From: Candidatus Vogelbacteria bacterium
Lineage (GTDB): Bacteria > Patescibacteriota > Minisyncoccia > Phycocordibacterales > XYD1-FULL-46-19
Assembly (NCBI GenBank): GCA_903878275.1
Contig: CAIRHC010000007.1
Location: forward strand, 78,482-142,481
Direction of reading: 5' to 3'
DNA: 64,000 nucleotides
This document shows, piece by piece, positions 46,404 to 55,832 of the stretch (position 1 is the first letter of the stretch; each line of letters begins with the position of its first letter). The notes beneath the pieces were generated by a model that searched no databases, had not been told where the DNA came from, and was given only the letters and a program-made list of their open reading frames with translations. The translations under genes and the position numbers were made by a program.

Positions 46404-47975
46404 ATGGATGATTATGGTGATGTTCCTATAAAAAAACTAGACGACCAAAAGATCGCTTTTGAGGTTCTAAAATATATTCCTTCCGAATCCGCGATTTATT
46501 ATCAGCTGGTGCCTTTTGCTGTCCAAGATGGTGTGTTGGAGGTCGGAATGGTCAACCCAGATGACGCCGAAGCTCGCGATGCTTTGCAATTCATTGCATC
46601 TAAGACTGGTGCACCGTTCAAAATTTATCTCATATCAAAAAAAGATTTCGATGTTGCCATAAAAAGTTATGAAGGTTTGGCTGGTGCCAATATGGGTACG
46701 ACCGGCAACATCCAAACTGAAATTCAAGCGGCGGAATCCGCCGTGTCCAAATTTACTGGTGGTCGCGGTGAAAAAACTCCGACCGCGACGATCGTCGAAG
46801 ATGCCCCGGTGACAAAAGTTGTCTCGGTTATTATTCAAAACGCTTTGTCTGGCAATGCTTCTGATATTCACATTGAGCCGACCGCCGAAAATTTACAAGT
46901 TCGTTTTCGTGTTGACGGTATTTTGCACACCAGCTTGACGCCACCAATGACAGTCCACGAAGCGATTGTCGCGCGCATAAAAATTTTATGCAATTTAAAA
47001 CTAGACGAAAAACGTAAACCACAAGATGGTCGTTTTTCTTACGAGTTTGAAATGCGTAAGGTTGATTTTCGTGTCTCGACTTTTCCGACCGTTTGGGGGG
47101 AAAAGGTGGTGATGCGTATTCTTGATCCAACGAAAAAAGATGTCAATTTGAAATCGATTGGTCTGTCCGAAGAACAGCAACAAATCATCAAGGAAGCCCT
47201 AAACAAGCCCTATGGCCTAATCTTGCTCACTGGTCCGACTGGTTCTGGTAAGACGACGACTCTTTACGCAATGTTAAACGAGCTCGATAAAATAAAATAC
47301 AATATTGTCAGTCTTGAAGATCCGGTCGAGTACGATATTCCTGGTATTAGTCAGTCGCAAGTGCGACCAGAAATTGATTATACTTTTGCCAACGGTCTTC
47401 GCAGTATTTTGCGTCAGGATCCGGATATCATTATGGTTGGAGAAATGCGTGACGCCGAGACCGCCAAGCTCGCGATCCAGGCGTCACTCACTGGTCACTT
47501 AGTTTTGTCCACGCTACACACCAACAATTGCATCGGTGTTGTCCCTCGTCTGATCGATATGGGTATCGAGCCATATCTTATTCCGCCGACCTTGATTTTA
47601 TCGATTGGACAAAGACTTGCTCCGATTATTTGCGATGACGCCAAACGCTCCGAACCAATTGAAGAAAGTTTGAAAGTGATGATGGATCAAGAGTTTGCTG
47701 ATTTGCCCGAAGAGTTTCGTGCTAAGCTTCCTTCGTTTGACAATGTCTATCACGCGGAAAGTACGACCACTTGCCCGAGTGGCACCAAAGGGCGAATTGG
47801 CGTCTTTGAATTTTTGAGCATGGATACCGATCTTGAGCGGTTGATTTTAGATCGTCCGGGTGAAAATGAAATTTATAAGTATGCTCGGTCAAAAGGTTTT
47901 ATCTCAATGAAAGAAGATGCGATCTTGAAATCTTTCCAAGGTGTTATTTCTTTTGAAGAGGTAAACAAACTATGA
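46404..47975 (+). CDS. pilB: type IV pilus assembly ATPase PilB/GspE
   Basis: ASDIHIEP, PQDGRF, GPTGSGKTTT, LRQDPD, TGHLVLSTLHTN. Confidence 0.96.
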   Translation: MDDYGDVPIKKLDDQKIAFEVLKYIPSESAIYYQLVPFAVQDGVLEVGMVNPDDAEARDALQFIASKTGAPFKIYLISKKDFDVAIKSYEGLAGANMGTTGNIQTEIQAAESAVSKFTGGRGEKTPTATIVEDAPVTKVVSVIIQNALSGNASDIHIEPTAENLQVRFRVDGILHTSLTPPMTVHEAIVARIKILCNLKLDEKRKPQDGRFSYEFEMRKVDFRVSTFPTVWGEKVVMRILDPTKKDVNLKSIGLSEEQQQIIKEALNKPYGLILLTGPTGSGKTTTLYAMLNELDKIKYNIVSLEDPVEYDIPGISQSQVRPEIDYTFANGLRSILRQDPDIIMVGEMRDAETAKLAIQASLTGHLVLSTLHTNNCIGVVPRLIDMGIEPYLIPPTLILSIGQRLAPIICDDAKRSEPIEESLKVMMDQEFADLPEEFRAKLPSFDNVYHAESTTTCPSGTKGRIGVFEFLSMDTDLERLILDRPGENEIYKYARSKGFISMKEDAILKSFQGVISFEEVNKL

Positions 47976-48136
47976 TATAATTTTGTTATAATATTTACAT
48001 ACTTGTCCGGTTGGATAATTTCAGATTGGGATGTTTTTTATAAAATAGTTTATAATAAAAAGGTCATAATAAATTTTAATTAAAAATTTTAGAATCACGA
48101 TAGCAATAAAAAACGATCTGAAATTTTTACAACGGG

Positions 48137-48532
48137 ATGGAAAATAACAACAATAAAAAAACTATTTTGATTATCGATGATGATAAGTTTTTGCTCGATA
48201 TGTATTCGATTAAGTTTAATGAAAGTGGTTTTAGTGTGGAGATGGCTTCCGGTGGTCCCGATGCCTTACGAAAATTAGAAGAAGGGCTTGATCCAGATAT
48301 TTTTTTAGTGGACATCGTGATGCCGGCAATGGACGGCTTCGAGCTAATGCAAGATCTTGCCGAAAAATTTAAAACCAAAAATAAAGTATTGATTTTCTTA
48401 TCAAATCTTGGTCAGAAAGAAGATGTCGAGCGAGGATTGGGGATTGGAGCTGACGGTTATATTGTCAAAGCCAGCACGACGCCGACCGAAGTGGTCAATA
48501 AAGTTTTAGAAATTGCGGGAAATAAAAGATAA
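48137..48532 (+). CDS. single-domain response regulator
   Basis: ILIIDDD, DIVMPAMDG, GADGYIVK. Confidence 0.93.
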   Translation: MENNNNKKTILIIDDDKFLLDMYSIKFNESGFSVEMASGGPDALRKLEEGLDPDIFLVDIVMPAMDGFELMQDLAEKFKTKNKVLIFLSNLGQKEDVERGLGIGADGYIVKASTTPTEVVNKVLEIAGNKR

Positions 48533-48544
48533 ATTTTAAAAAAG

Positions 48545-49609
48545 ATGAAAGATTATCGTAAAGAAATTGAAGAGTTGGTTTTGATTGTCGCCAAAGAAGG
48601 CGCTTCGGATTTGCATTTGTCGGCTGGTCGTCACCCGACGATTCGGGTTTCTGGCGATTTGGTGCCGATTGTTAAGAAGCCAGTTTTGACACCAGAAGAT
48701 ACTTTAGGTATTGCAATGGAGATTTTAAACGATGAAAACAAAAAAATCTTTCTCGAACAAAGAGAAGTTGATTTTTCTTATACCCCGACCGCCAATGTCC
48801 GTTTTCGTGGCAATGCTTTTTTCCAACGTGGCTTAGTCGGTATTGCTTTGCGTTTAATTCCGATGAATGTGCGGACATTGAAAGAATTAAATTTACCAGA
48901 TCGCCTGCTCGATTTCACCTTGAAAAAACAAGGCTTCTTTTTAGTTGTCGGACCGGTCGGTCAAGGTAAATCGACCACGCTCGCGGCAATGGTCCAAGTG
49001 ATCAACCAGCAACGTGCCGAGCATATTATCACGATCGAAGATCCGGTTGAGTATCTTTTTACCAGCGAACGTTCGATTATTGATCAACGAGAAGTGCGTT
49101 TTGATACTAAAAACTTTTTCACTGCTCTTCGCTCGATGTTTCGTGAAGATGTCAATGTGGCAATGATTGGAGAAATGCGTAATCCAGAGACAATCAGTAT
49201 GGCAGTCACCGCCGCGGAAACGGGGCACCTCATTTTATCGACTTTGCATACCAATAGCGCCGCTCAAACTATCGACCGTATTATTGACTCATTCCCTGGG
49301 GCTCAACAACACCAGATTATGACCCAGCTTGCCGGTTCGTTGCTCGGTATATTTTCCCAACGTCTGATTCCGCGTGTTTCTGGCGGTTTGATTCCAGCTT
49401 ACGAATTACTGGTCAATAATTCAGCTGTATCCAATCTTATCCGCGAAGGTCGCACCGCGGAAATCGACGTGATGATCGAAACCGGTAGTTCCGAAGGAAT
49501 GGTTGATCTAAATCGCGTGCTGGCCGAGCTCGTTCGGAGTGGTGAGATTTCCGCCGACAACGCTTTTCGTTATGCCATCAATCCAGAAAGTTTAACCAAA
49601 CTTATTTAA
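48545..49609 (+). CDS. pilT: twitching-motility retraction ATPase PilT
   Basis: ASDLHL, GPVGQGKSTT, IEDPVEY, AAETGHL, NLIREG. Confidence 0.96.
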   Translation: MKDYRKEIEELVLIVAKEGASDLHLSAGRHPTIRVSGDLVPIVKKPVLTPEDTLGIAMEILNDENKKIFLEQREVDFSYTPTANVRFRGNAFFQRGLVGIALRLIPMNVRTLKELNLPDRLLDFTLKKQGFFLVVGPVGQGKSTTLAAMVQVINQQRAEHIITIEDPVEYLFTSERSIIDQREVRFDTKNFFTALRSMFREDVNVAMIGEMRNPETISMAVTAAETGHLILSTLHTNSAAQTIDRIIDSFPGAQQHQIMTQLAGSLLGIFSQRLIPRVSGGLIPAYELLVNNSAVSNLIREGRTAEIDVMIETGSSEGMVDLNRVLAELVRSGEISADNAFRYAINPESLTKLI

Positions 49610-49632
49610 ATTAGAAATAACCAAATAATACT

Positions 49633-50841
49633 ATGCTCTTTATTTACAAAACATTAGACAAGGCGGGGACAGAACAATCTGGCAGTATCGAAGCGCCCAA
49701 TATTGACTTGGCGATTAGTTCTCTTCAGCGACGAGGTTTGGTGATCGTCTCGGTCAAGCCAGAAGAAGTGGCTGGGCAGAATTTTTTGAGTCGCTTCAGT
49801 ATCTTTCAGCGTATTTCAAATAAAGACGTCGTGATGCTTTCCCGGCAAATTGCGACAATGTTCGAAGCCAAAGTTTCCGTGATGGCATCTTTTCGTTTGC
49901 TGGCAAATGAGAGTGAAAATCCGATTTTGCGAATGGCTTTGACCGATATCACCGATGACATCAAAGGCGGTATTCCAGTCTCGGCCGCCCTTGCCAAGCA
50001 TCCCAATATTTTCTCTGATTTTTATGTCAATATGGTCCGGGCCGGTGAAGAAACCGGAAAAATGTCTGAAGCGTTTTCTTATTTAGCCGATCACCTTGAT
50101 CGATCCTACGCTTTGTCGTCGCGAGCAAAAAATGCTCTGATTTATCCGGCGTTCGTGGTCGCCTCGTTCGTGGTGGTGATGGTTGTAATGATTATCTTTA
50201 TTATCCCACGCCTATCGGCGGTTTTGATGGAAACGGGTCAAGATTTGCCGATTTATACCAAAGTCGTCATCGGAATTAGTAATTTTGCTTCAAGCTACTG
50301 GCTTCTTTTCTTGGTAGCGTTTGGGGCGATTGGTTTTTATCTTTATCAATATACTTCTACCATAAAAGGCAAAGAAGCCCTGGCACGATTAAAAATCTCT
50401 ATCCCATATGTTGGTAGTTTGTATCGCAAGCTTTATTTAGCCCGTATTGCCGACAACATCAACACGATGCTTTCTAGTGGTATTTCAATGGTGCGGGCTT
50501 TGGAAATTACCGGTGCGGTGGTGGGTAATGAAGTGTACAAAAATATTTTACTCGAATCAGCCGAATCAATTAAGTCGGGAAGTACCGTTTCCGATATTTT
50601 TTCGCGTTATCCAGAAATTCCGGGGGTGATGGTGCAGATGATTAAAGTCGGAGAGGAGACTGGTAAGGTTGGTTTTACTTTGGAGAAATTATCGGTTTTT
50701 TATGAAAGAGAAGTAAATAATGAGGTGGATACTTTGGTGGGCTTGATTGAGCCGGTGATGATCGTGGTCTTGGGCGTCGGCGTGGGTTTACTTTTGACCT
50801 CGGTACTCGTGCCAATTTACAACTTGGCTTCAGCGATGTAG
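49633..50841 (+). CDS. pilC: type IV pilus inner-membrane platform PilC/GspF
   Basis: RQIATM, AGEETG, ALIYP, VGEETG, LIEP, PIYNL. Confidence 0.96.
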   Translation: MLFIYKTLDKAGTEQSGSIEAPNIDLAISSLQRRGLVIVSVKPEEVAGQNFLSRFSIFQRISNKDVVMLSRQIATMFEAKVSVMASFRLLANESENPILRMALTDITDDIKGGIPVSAALAKHPNIFSDFYVNMVRAGEETGKMSEAFSYLADHLDRSYALSSRAKNALIYPAFVVASFVVVMVVMIIFIIPRLSAVLMETGQDLPIYTKVVIGISNFASSYWLLFLVAFGAIGFYLYQYTSTIKGKEALARLKISIPYVGSLYRKLYLARIADNINTMLSSGISMVRALEITGAVVGNEVYKNILLESAESIKSGSTVSDIFSRYPEIPGVMVQMIKVGEETGKVGFTLEKLSVFYEREVNNEVDTLVGLIEPVMIVVLGVGVGLLLTSVLVPIYNLASAM

Positions 50842-50844
50842 GTG

Positions 50845-50970
50845 AGAACCCCCAGAATTTGCCAAGGCAAATTCTGGGGGTTCTGGTTTCCGAGGTCGAA
50901 CCTTAAATCCCCAAAAAGTTTACCCTGTAGTGAAAAATTCTCGTTTTTCTACTACCGGGGGTTCGACTTC
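50845..50970. repeat. palindrome cluster: 40-bp hairpin, then a REP-derived element with a nested GTAGTGAAAAATT element
   Basis: AGAACCCCCAGAATTTGCC-AA-GGCAAATTCTGGGGGTTCT; CCGAGGTCGAACC..[CCCTGTAGTGAAAAATTCTCGTTTTTCTACTACCGGG]..GGTTCGAC. Confidence 0.8.
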
Positions 50971-50994
50971 AAATTTAAAAAACAAAAAATAATT

Positions 50995-51369
50995 ATGGTC
51001 AAAAAAGAAATAAAATCAAAAGTTACTCTAGAAAGTCTGAATCAGACGGTTGAAAATTTGGCGACCATCACCAATCGTCGTTTTGATGATACTCATAAAT
51101 TGATAGAAAATTTGGCTACCACTATGGCCAAGGGTTTTTCGAATACCAATGAACTGATAGAAAATCTCGCAATTAGCACCAAGGCTGGTTTTGATAAGGT
51201 AGATGAAAGATTAGATAAAGTTGAATCAGATATTACCGTCATAAAATCAGACATTACCGGCATCAAACAACGCCTGACCAGCCTAGACAACCGCCTAGAT
51301 ACGTTTGTCGATCACGAAAAGCGTTTGACCAAAGTGGAGTCCACCTTGAAAATCAGGGTCAAACATTAA
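50995..51369 (+). CDS. small heptad-repeat coiled-coil protein, paralog 1
   Basis: Start reassigned to ATG 50995; MVKKEIKSKVTLE..GFDKVDERLDKVE..; C-terminus near-identical to the 55833 gene. Confidence 0.75.
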   Translation: MVKKEIKSKVTLESLNQTVENLATITNRRFDDTHKLIENLATTMAKGFSNTNELIENLAISTKAGFDKVDERLDKVESDITVIKSDITGIKQRLTSLDNRLDTFVDHEKRLTKVESTLKIRVKH

Positions 51370-51480
51370 AATAGCGGGGAATTATCCACCGTTTACTCTT
51401 AAACCTCCTAGGCATTGCAATCTCTCGGTGCTATAATTAAAAAATTAAAAACAACATTATTATTTAATAATCAATTATTT

Positions 51481-51605
51481 CCGGAAAATTTTGCCAAGCA
51501 AAATTTTCCGGTCAACAAATAAGCTTCCCCGAGGTCGAGTCGTTTCTCGGAGGTCGAACCTTAAATCCCCAAAAAGGTTTGACCTCGGATAATTCGACCT
51601 CGGGG
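51481..51605. repeat. palindrome cluster upstream of pilin 1
   Basis: CCGGAAAATTTTGC-CAA-GCAAAATTTTCCGG; CCCCGAGGTCGA..[GAGGTCGAACC..GGTTTGACCTC]..TCGACCTCGGGG. Confidence 0.8.
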
Positions 51606-51621
51606 AAACAAAAACATTTCT

Positions 51622-52131
51622 ATGAAAAAATATTTAAATAAATCTAGTGGTTTTACTCTTATTGAACTCCTGGTCGTCATCGCCATCATCGGTATCCTGG
51701 CGGGGATTGTGCTTACTTCGCTATCGAGCGCTAGAAATAAAGCCAATGATGCTAAAATTATTTCACAACTTGGTCAGATCCGTTCAGCTGCCGAATTAAA
51801 TTTTAACCCCAATGATGGTCAAGGCGGCTGGGGCCAGGCAAGCTCTACCCAGACCTGTGGCAATGCGGCCGCACCTACAACACCCCCCACCGTAGCCCCA
51901 CTTTTTAAAAAGCCAGAGTTAGTCAAATTAATTTCTAGTACCGCAGCCCTCTCTAGTGGTGGGACATATTGTAACGTGATCCCTGCCTCGGGTACCGCCC
52001 GAGCTTCTTGGTTATTCGGAGCAACACTTGTTTCAGATACTAGTAAGACCTGGTGCGTTGATTCTTCGGGCAATTCAAAACTAATTACGCCAGGAACAAT
52101 CTTCAACACTGCAATGACTGTTTGCCCATAA
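51622..52131 (+). CDS. type IV pilin 1
   Basis: G|FTLIELLVVIAIIGILA; C-terminal WCVDSSG. Confidence 0.95.
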   Translation: MKKYLNKSSGFTLIELLVVIAIIGILAGIVLTSLSSARNKANDAKIISQLGQIRSAAELNFNPNDGQGGWGQASSTQTCGNAAAPTTPPTVAPLFKKPELVKLISSTAALSSGGTYCNVIPASGTARASWLFGATLVSDTSKTWCVDSSGNSKLITPGTIFNTAMTVCP

Positions 52132-52170
52132 ATATAATTTAAAATTATTAACTAACATAATTCAAAATTC

Positions 52171-52671
52171 ATGATTCATAATTCATCTAAAAAAGGTTTC
52201 ACCTTGATCGAGCTTCTTGTTGTCATCGCCATTATCGGTATTTTAGCCGGCATTGTGCTGACTTCACTTAGCACAGCTAGGACCAAGGCTCAAGATGCGC
52301 AGGTTATTTCACAATTAGGTCAAATGCGTTCAGCTGCCGAAATTTATTATTCAGGTACTGGTGGAGGTACGTATGGCGTAGTCGCAAACACTTGCTCGAC
52401 AGGCAGTTCTTTGTTTCTTGATGATACTACTGGTATGGGTAAATTAATTACTTCTACTCTTGCGATTGCTATCGCTGCTAATGTCGATTGTGGTGTTCTT
52501 GCTGGAGGTTCTGCGTGGTCTGTCGCCGCAAAATTGCCCGGCGGTTTATGGTATTGTGTTGACAGTACTGGTGTCTCAAGAGGGAGCACTGCTGCTGGGG
52601 CTGCTTACACTGCTTTGACTGGTGCTGCTAGTGCTGCACATATTTCTGCTGGCGGTTCTGCTTGTAATTAA
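52171..52671 (+). CDS. type IV pilin 2
   Basis: KKG|FTLIELLVVIAIIGILA; YCVDSTG. Confidence 0.95.
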   Translation: MIHNSSKKGFTLIELLVVIAIIGILAGIVLTSLSTARTKAQDAQVISQLGQMRSAAEIYYSGTGGGTYGVVANTCSTGSSLFLDDTTGMGKLITSTLAIAIAANVDCGVLAGGSAWSVAAKLPGGLWYCVDSTGVSRGSTAAGAAYTALTGAASAAHISAGGSACN

Positions 52672-52675
52672 AGCT

Positions 52676-52805
52676 GGAGGAGGCTTCGCCTCCTCTCAAA
52701 AACAAGGTGAAACAAGGTGAGGCAAAAACAAGGGGAGGTTGAAACAAGGGGAGGTTGAAACAAGGGGAGGTTGAGCCTCCCCTTTGGCGTTGGTTGTGTT
52801 ATAAT
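52676..52805 (+). repeat. left REP cluster of the RAYT gene
   Basis: GAGGAGGCTTCGCCTCCTC; AAACAAGGTG x2; AAACAAGGGGAGGTTG x3; GGGAGGTTGAGCCTCCC followed by TTGTGTTATAAT. Confidence 0.85.
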
Positions 52806-52812
52806 ATAATCA

Positions 52813-53469
52813 ATGTCTCGTAATATTGAATTAGCGATTGATGAATATTATCACATCTTTAATCATGGCAACGGTGACCGACTAATTTTTATTGACGAAA
52901 AAGATAAAGAGCGATTTGTTAAACTACTCTTTTTAGCTAATGGTTGTAACTCTTTTGATTTTGAAGATCTTTCTTCTGGTCAAGAATTCTCTTTTGATCG
53001 TGGTGAGACACTCGTCGCCATTGGCACGTGGTGTTTAATGGATAATCATTATCATCTATTAATTAAAGAAACCACCGATGGTGGAATTAGTCAGTTTATG
53101 CATCGTCTAGCAACTAGCTATACAATGTATTTCAATCGTCGTCATAGAAAAAGGGGAAGTTTGTTTGAGGGACGGTTTCGAGCAAAACACTTAGGTCAGG
53201 ATGAATATTTAAGACATATCTTTGCTTACACCCATCTCAATCCCGTGAAAATGATTGAGCCAAAATGGAAAGAGGTTGGGTTGAAGAATTTGCCGACAGT
53301 CACTAAATTTTTAAAAGAGTATAGATTTTCTAGCTATCTTGATTATCTCGGCGTTGAGCGAAAAGAAAATAAAATTCTTGATAGAGGAGCTTTTCCGCAA
53401 TACTTTTCAAACCCGGAAGAGATCGAGGTTGAAATGATGGACTGGCTAGATTTCGGTAATTTTTATTAG
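52813..53469 (+). mobile_element. REP-associated tyrosine transposase (RAYT, Y1 HUH)
   Basis: YHIFNHG, CLMDNHYHLL (HUH), YFNRRH..GSLFEGRF, YTHLNPV (catalytic Tyr), SSYLDY; flanked by inverted REPs. Confidence 0.92.
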
Positions 53470-53497
53470 GGTTAATTTTGGGGTGGGGGTCATCAAT

Positions 53498-53539
53498 ATT
53501 ATAACACAAATGATACCCCTAGGGGAGGCTCAACCTCCC
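53498..53539 (-). repeat. right RAYT-end element (inverted REP plus inward extended -10)
   Basis: 53521-53539 is the exact reverse complement of 52765-52783; on the minus strand it continues AGGGGTATCATTTGTGTTATAAT. Confidence 0.85.
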
Positions 53540-53746
53540 GACGGGCATCAGCGGTAGGGAAGTAGCAAAAAAGCAAAAAGGGGATAACTACTTTTTCTCG
53601 GTTTATTTTTTTGTGGTATCATGCTTAAAGTAATATCAAATTTATTAAAATTATTAGCTTTTAAGAGATGTCCAGAAAATTTTGCTTGGCAAAATTTTCC
53701 GGAAAAGGCTAAAACATCAAAAGACGTTCGCCTAAACAAAAAAAAT

Positions 53747-54298
53747 ATGAAAAAAATTAAAGAACTAACCGGAAAAATTTTTTCAGGAAAAAATTTTTCC
53801 GGTCAAGTCCAAAATAATAAAGCCTGCCCCGTAGTGAAAAATTCTCGTTTTTCTACTACTGGGGGCTTCACTTTAATCGAATTATTAGTCGTCATTGCCA
53901 TTATCGGTATTTTAGCCGGCATTATTTTGGTTTCCCTAAGTAGCGCCAGGACCAAAGCCAAGACCACTGCCACCTTTGCTTCACTGAATGGTTTAAGACC
54001 AGCGATCGCGATGTGTTGCGGGAATGGGAGTGACTTGGTTGGGGCTGGAACACCACCAGAAACACAAATACCAGCTGTCGGCGGAACAGACATCTGTGAT
54101 GCGGCTAATCCTGTCGGTGTCAATTTACCGACCGCTGCCCAACTTGGGGTTAATATTGTAGAATATACTGCGACGAAAGGTTGTTCTGATCCCGAACCAT
54201 ATTTTTCTGTTCAAACCTCTGGTTCTTCTAATCCTCTTTGTGATAGTGCCGGCACATACACCATCGGTGTCTCAACTTCGTCGTCTCCGTGCAACTAA
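53747..54298 (+). CDS. type IV pilin 3 with a 40-aa palindrome-encoded leader
   Basis: ATG 53747; GG|FTLIELLVVIAIIGILA; leader DNA contains palindromes 53768-53803 and 53826-53866. Confidence 0.9.
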   Translation: MKKIKELTGKIFSGKNFSGQVQNNKACPVVKNSRFSTTGGFTLIELLVVIAIIGILAGIILVSLSSARTKAKTTATFASLNGLRPAIAMCCGNGSDLVGAGTPPETQIPAVGGTDICDAANPVGVNLPTAAQLGVNIVEYTATKGCSDPEPYFSVQTSGSSNPLCDSAGTYTIGVSTSSSPCN

Positions 54299-54368
54299 CA
54301 TTAATTAGTAGCGAAGAATTTTATTTTTACCTCAAATTCTTAAGGTTGTGAAAAAGAATAAAGAACTA

Positions 54369-54568
54369 ACCGGAAAAATTTTTTCAGGAAAAAATTTTTC
54401 CGGCCAACCTCATCACCAAAAAGCCTACCCTGATTTCTCGGAGGTCGAACCTTAAATCCCCAAAAAGTTTACCCCGTAGTGAAAAATTCTTATTTTTCTA
54501 CTACTGGGGTTCGACCTCGGAGAATACAACCTCGGGAAAACAGGCTAAAACATCAAAGATGTTCGCCT
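54369..54568. repeat. nested palindrome cluster upstream of pilin 4
   Basis: Copy of the 53768 palindrome, REP-derived element with nested GTAGTGAAAAATT element (54441-54520), GGCTAAAACAT..ATGTTCGCC (54542-54568). Confidence 0.8.
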
Positions 54569-54584
54569 AAACAAAAACATTTTT

Positions 54585-55163
54585 ATGAAAAAATATTTAC
54601 AACCCACAACCCAGAAACTACAACTTAGCCGTGGCTTCACCTTAATAGAGCTTCTGGTTGTCATCGCCATTATCGGTATTTTGGCGGGCATTGTCCTGAC
54701 TTCGCTTTCTAGCGCTCGAGCAAAAGCCAAAGATTCCGCCCTTATCTCTGGCTTGTCTGGTTTAAGATCGCAGATTGAGACGGTGGCTAGTGATAATTAT
54801 GGACCAATAGTTGGAGCTTGGGGAGTTAAATCGGACGGCACAGGGACAACTGGTTCTAAGGGTGTAACGGATTCGTCTGTTTGTTCTACTTATGCTAGTA
54901 CTGATGGTGGCGTAGTTTATAAAATGATGAAAGATCTAGCCAAACAATCTGGTAATAACGTCGTTTGTGCGGTGGGAGTTGGTGGAAGAACCTGGGTAAT
55001 TTTTGGAGTTTTGCCTAGTACCGCTAATCCTAATGACCCTACTACTGCTGATTATTATTGTTATGATAGTTCTGGTGGTTCTAAAAAACAGGTCGGTTTC
55101 CCGGTGAATGTAGTTGGTGCTGGAGTGGAAAATGTCAATCTTGATGTAAAATGTCAGTCATAG
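54585..55163 (+). CDS. type IV pilin 4
   Basis: RG|FTLIELLVVIAIIGILA; YCYDSSG. Confidence 0.95.
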   Translation: MKKYLQPTTQKLQLSRGFTLIELLVVIAIIGILAGIVLTSLSSARAKAKDSALISGLSGLRSQIETVASDNYGPIVGAWGVKSDGTGTTGSKGVTDSSVCSTYASTDGGVVYKMMKDLAKQSGNNVVCAVGVGGRTWVIFGVLPSTANPNDPTTADYYCYDSSGGSKKQVGFPVNVVGAGVENVNLDVKCQS

Positions 55164-55183
55164 ACATTATTTAAATTTAAAAA

Positions 55184-55308
55184 AATTATCCCCGGAATTT
55201 TTGCTAGCAAAAATTCCGGGGATAATTCTCAAAACTAAATTTCCTGAAAATTTTAAAAATCGGCTGGCGCAACCGCTCGGATTTGCCAGGGCAAATCCGA
55301 GCGGTTGC
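55184..55308. repeat. two long palindromes (44 bp perfect; 40 bp with 2-nt loop)
   Basis: AATTATCCCCGGAATTTTTGCTAGCAAAAATTCCGGGGATAATT; GCAACCGCTCGGATTTGCC-AG-GGCAAATCCGAGCGGTTGC. Confidence 0.85.
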
Positions 55309-55412
55309 CACTTTTCCTCTCTGCGAACCTCCAAACCAGTGGATAACTCCGTATGTAATCTTTTTTTTATATGTTATTATTTAGACAATGGTGAAAAAGA
55401 GAAATCATAATT

Positions 55413-55754
55413 ATGATTAAAAAAGAAATAAAACCAAAAGTTACTCTAGAAAGTATTAATAATACGATTGAGCACTTGGCTATAAGTGTGGCAAATGGTT
55501 TTGCTGCCGTCGATGAAAGATTTAATAAGGTAGATGAAAGATTTGAGCAGGTAGATAAAAGATTCGATAAGGTTGAAAACGATATTGTCGTGATAAAAAA
55601 AGACTTAAATATCGTCAAGACCGATGTCGCTGTCCTAAAGACCGACTTGCGAAAATTAGACCACAAGATTGGTCTGGTAGATAAAAGAAATCGCGAAGAT
55701 ATCGACGCTCTCGCTTCCGATATGGTGTTGGTCAAGAAAAAAGTGTCTTTATGA
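55413..55754 (+). CDS. small heptad-repeat coiled-coil protein, paralog 2
   Basis: MIKKEIKPKVTLE; FAAVDER-FNKVDER-FEQVDKR-FDKVEND. Confidence 0.75.
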   Translation: MIKKEIKPKVTLESINNTIEHLAISVANGFAAVDERFNKVDERFEQVDKRFDKVENDIVVIKKDLNIVKTDVAVLKTDLRKLDHKIGLVDKRNREDIDALASDMVLVKKKVSL

Positions 55755-55758
55755 GTTT

Positions 55759-55804
55759 GAACCTTACCGGAAATTTTGACTAGTCAAAATTTCCGGTAAG
55801 GTTC
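55759..55804. repeat. perfect 46-bp palindrome
   Basis: GAACCTTACCGGAAATTTTGACTAGTCAAAATTTCCGGTAAGGTTC. Confidence 0.9.
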
Positions 55805-55832
55805 CCCAAACATTTTTAAAATAAACATAATT

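Noticed and set aside
52700-52773. CRISPR or iteron-like direct repeats
   Set aside because: 10- and 16-bp head-to-tail repeats without spacers; they are partial REP duplications.
52813-53469. IS200/IS605 element with TnpB
   Set aside because: No tnpB; protein length, NPV and SSY motifs and REP flanks fit RAYT.
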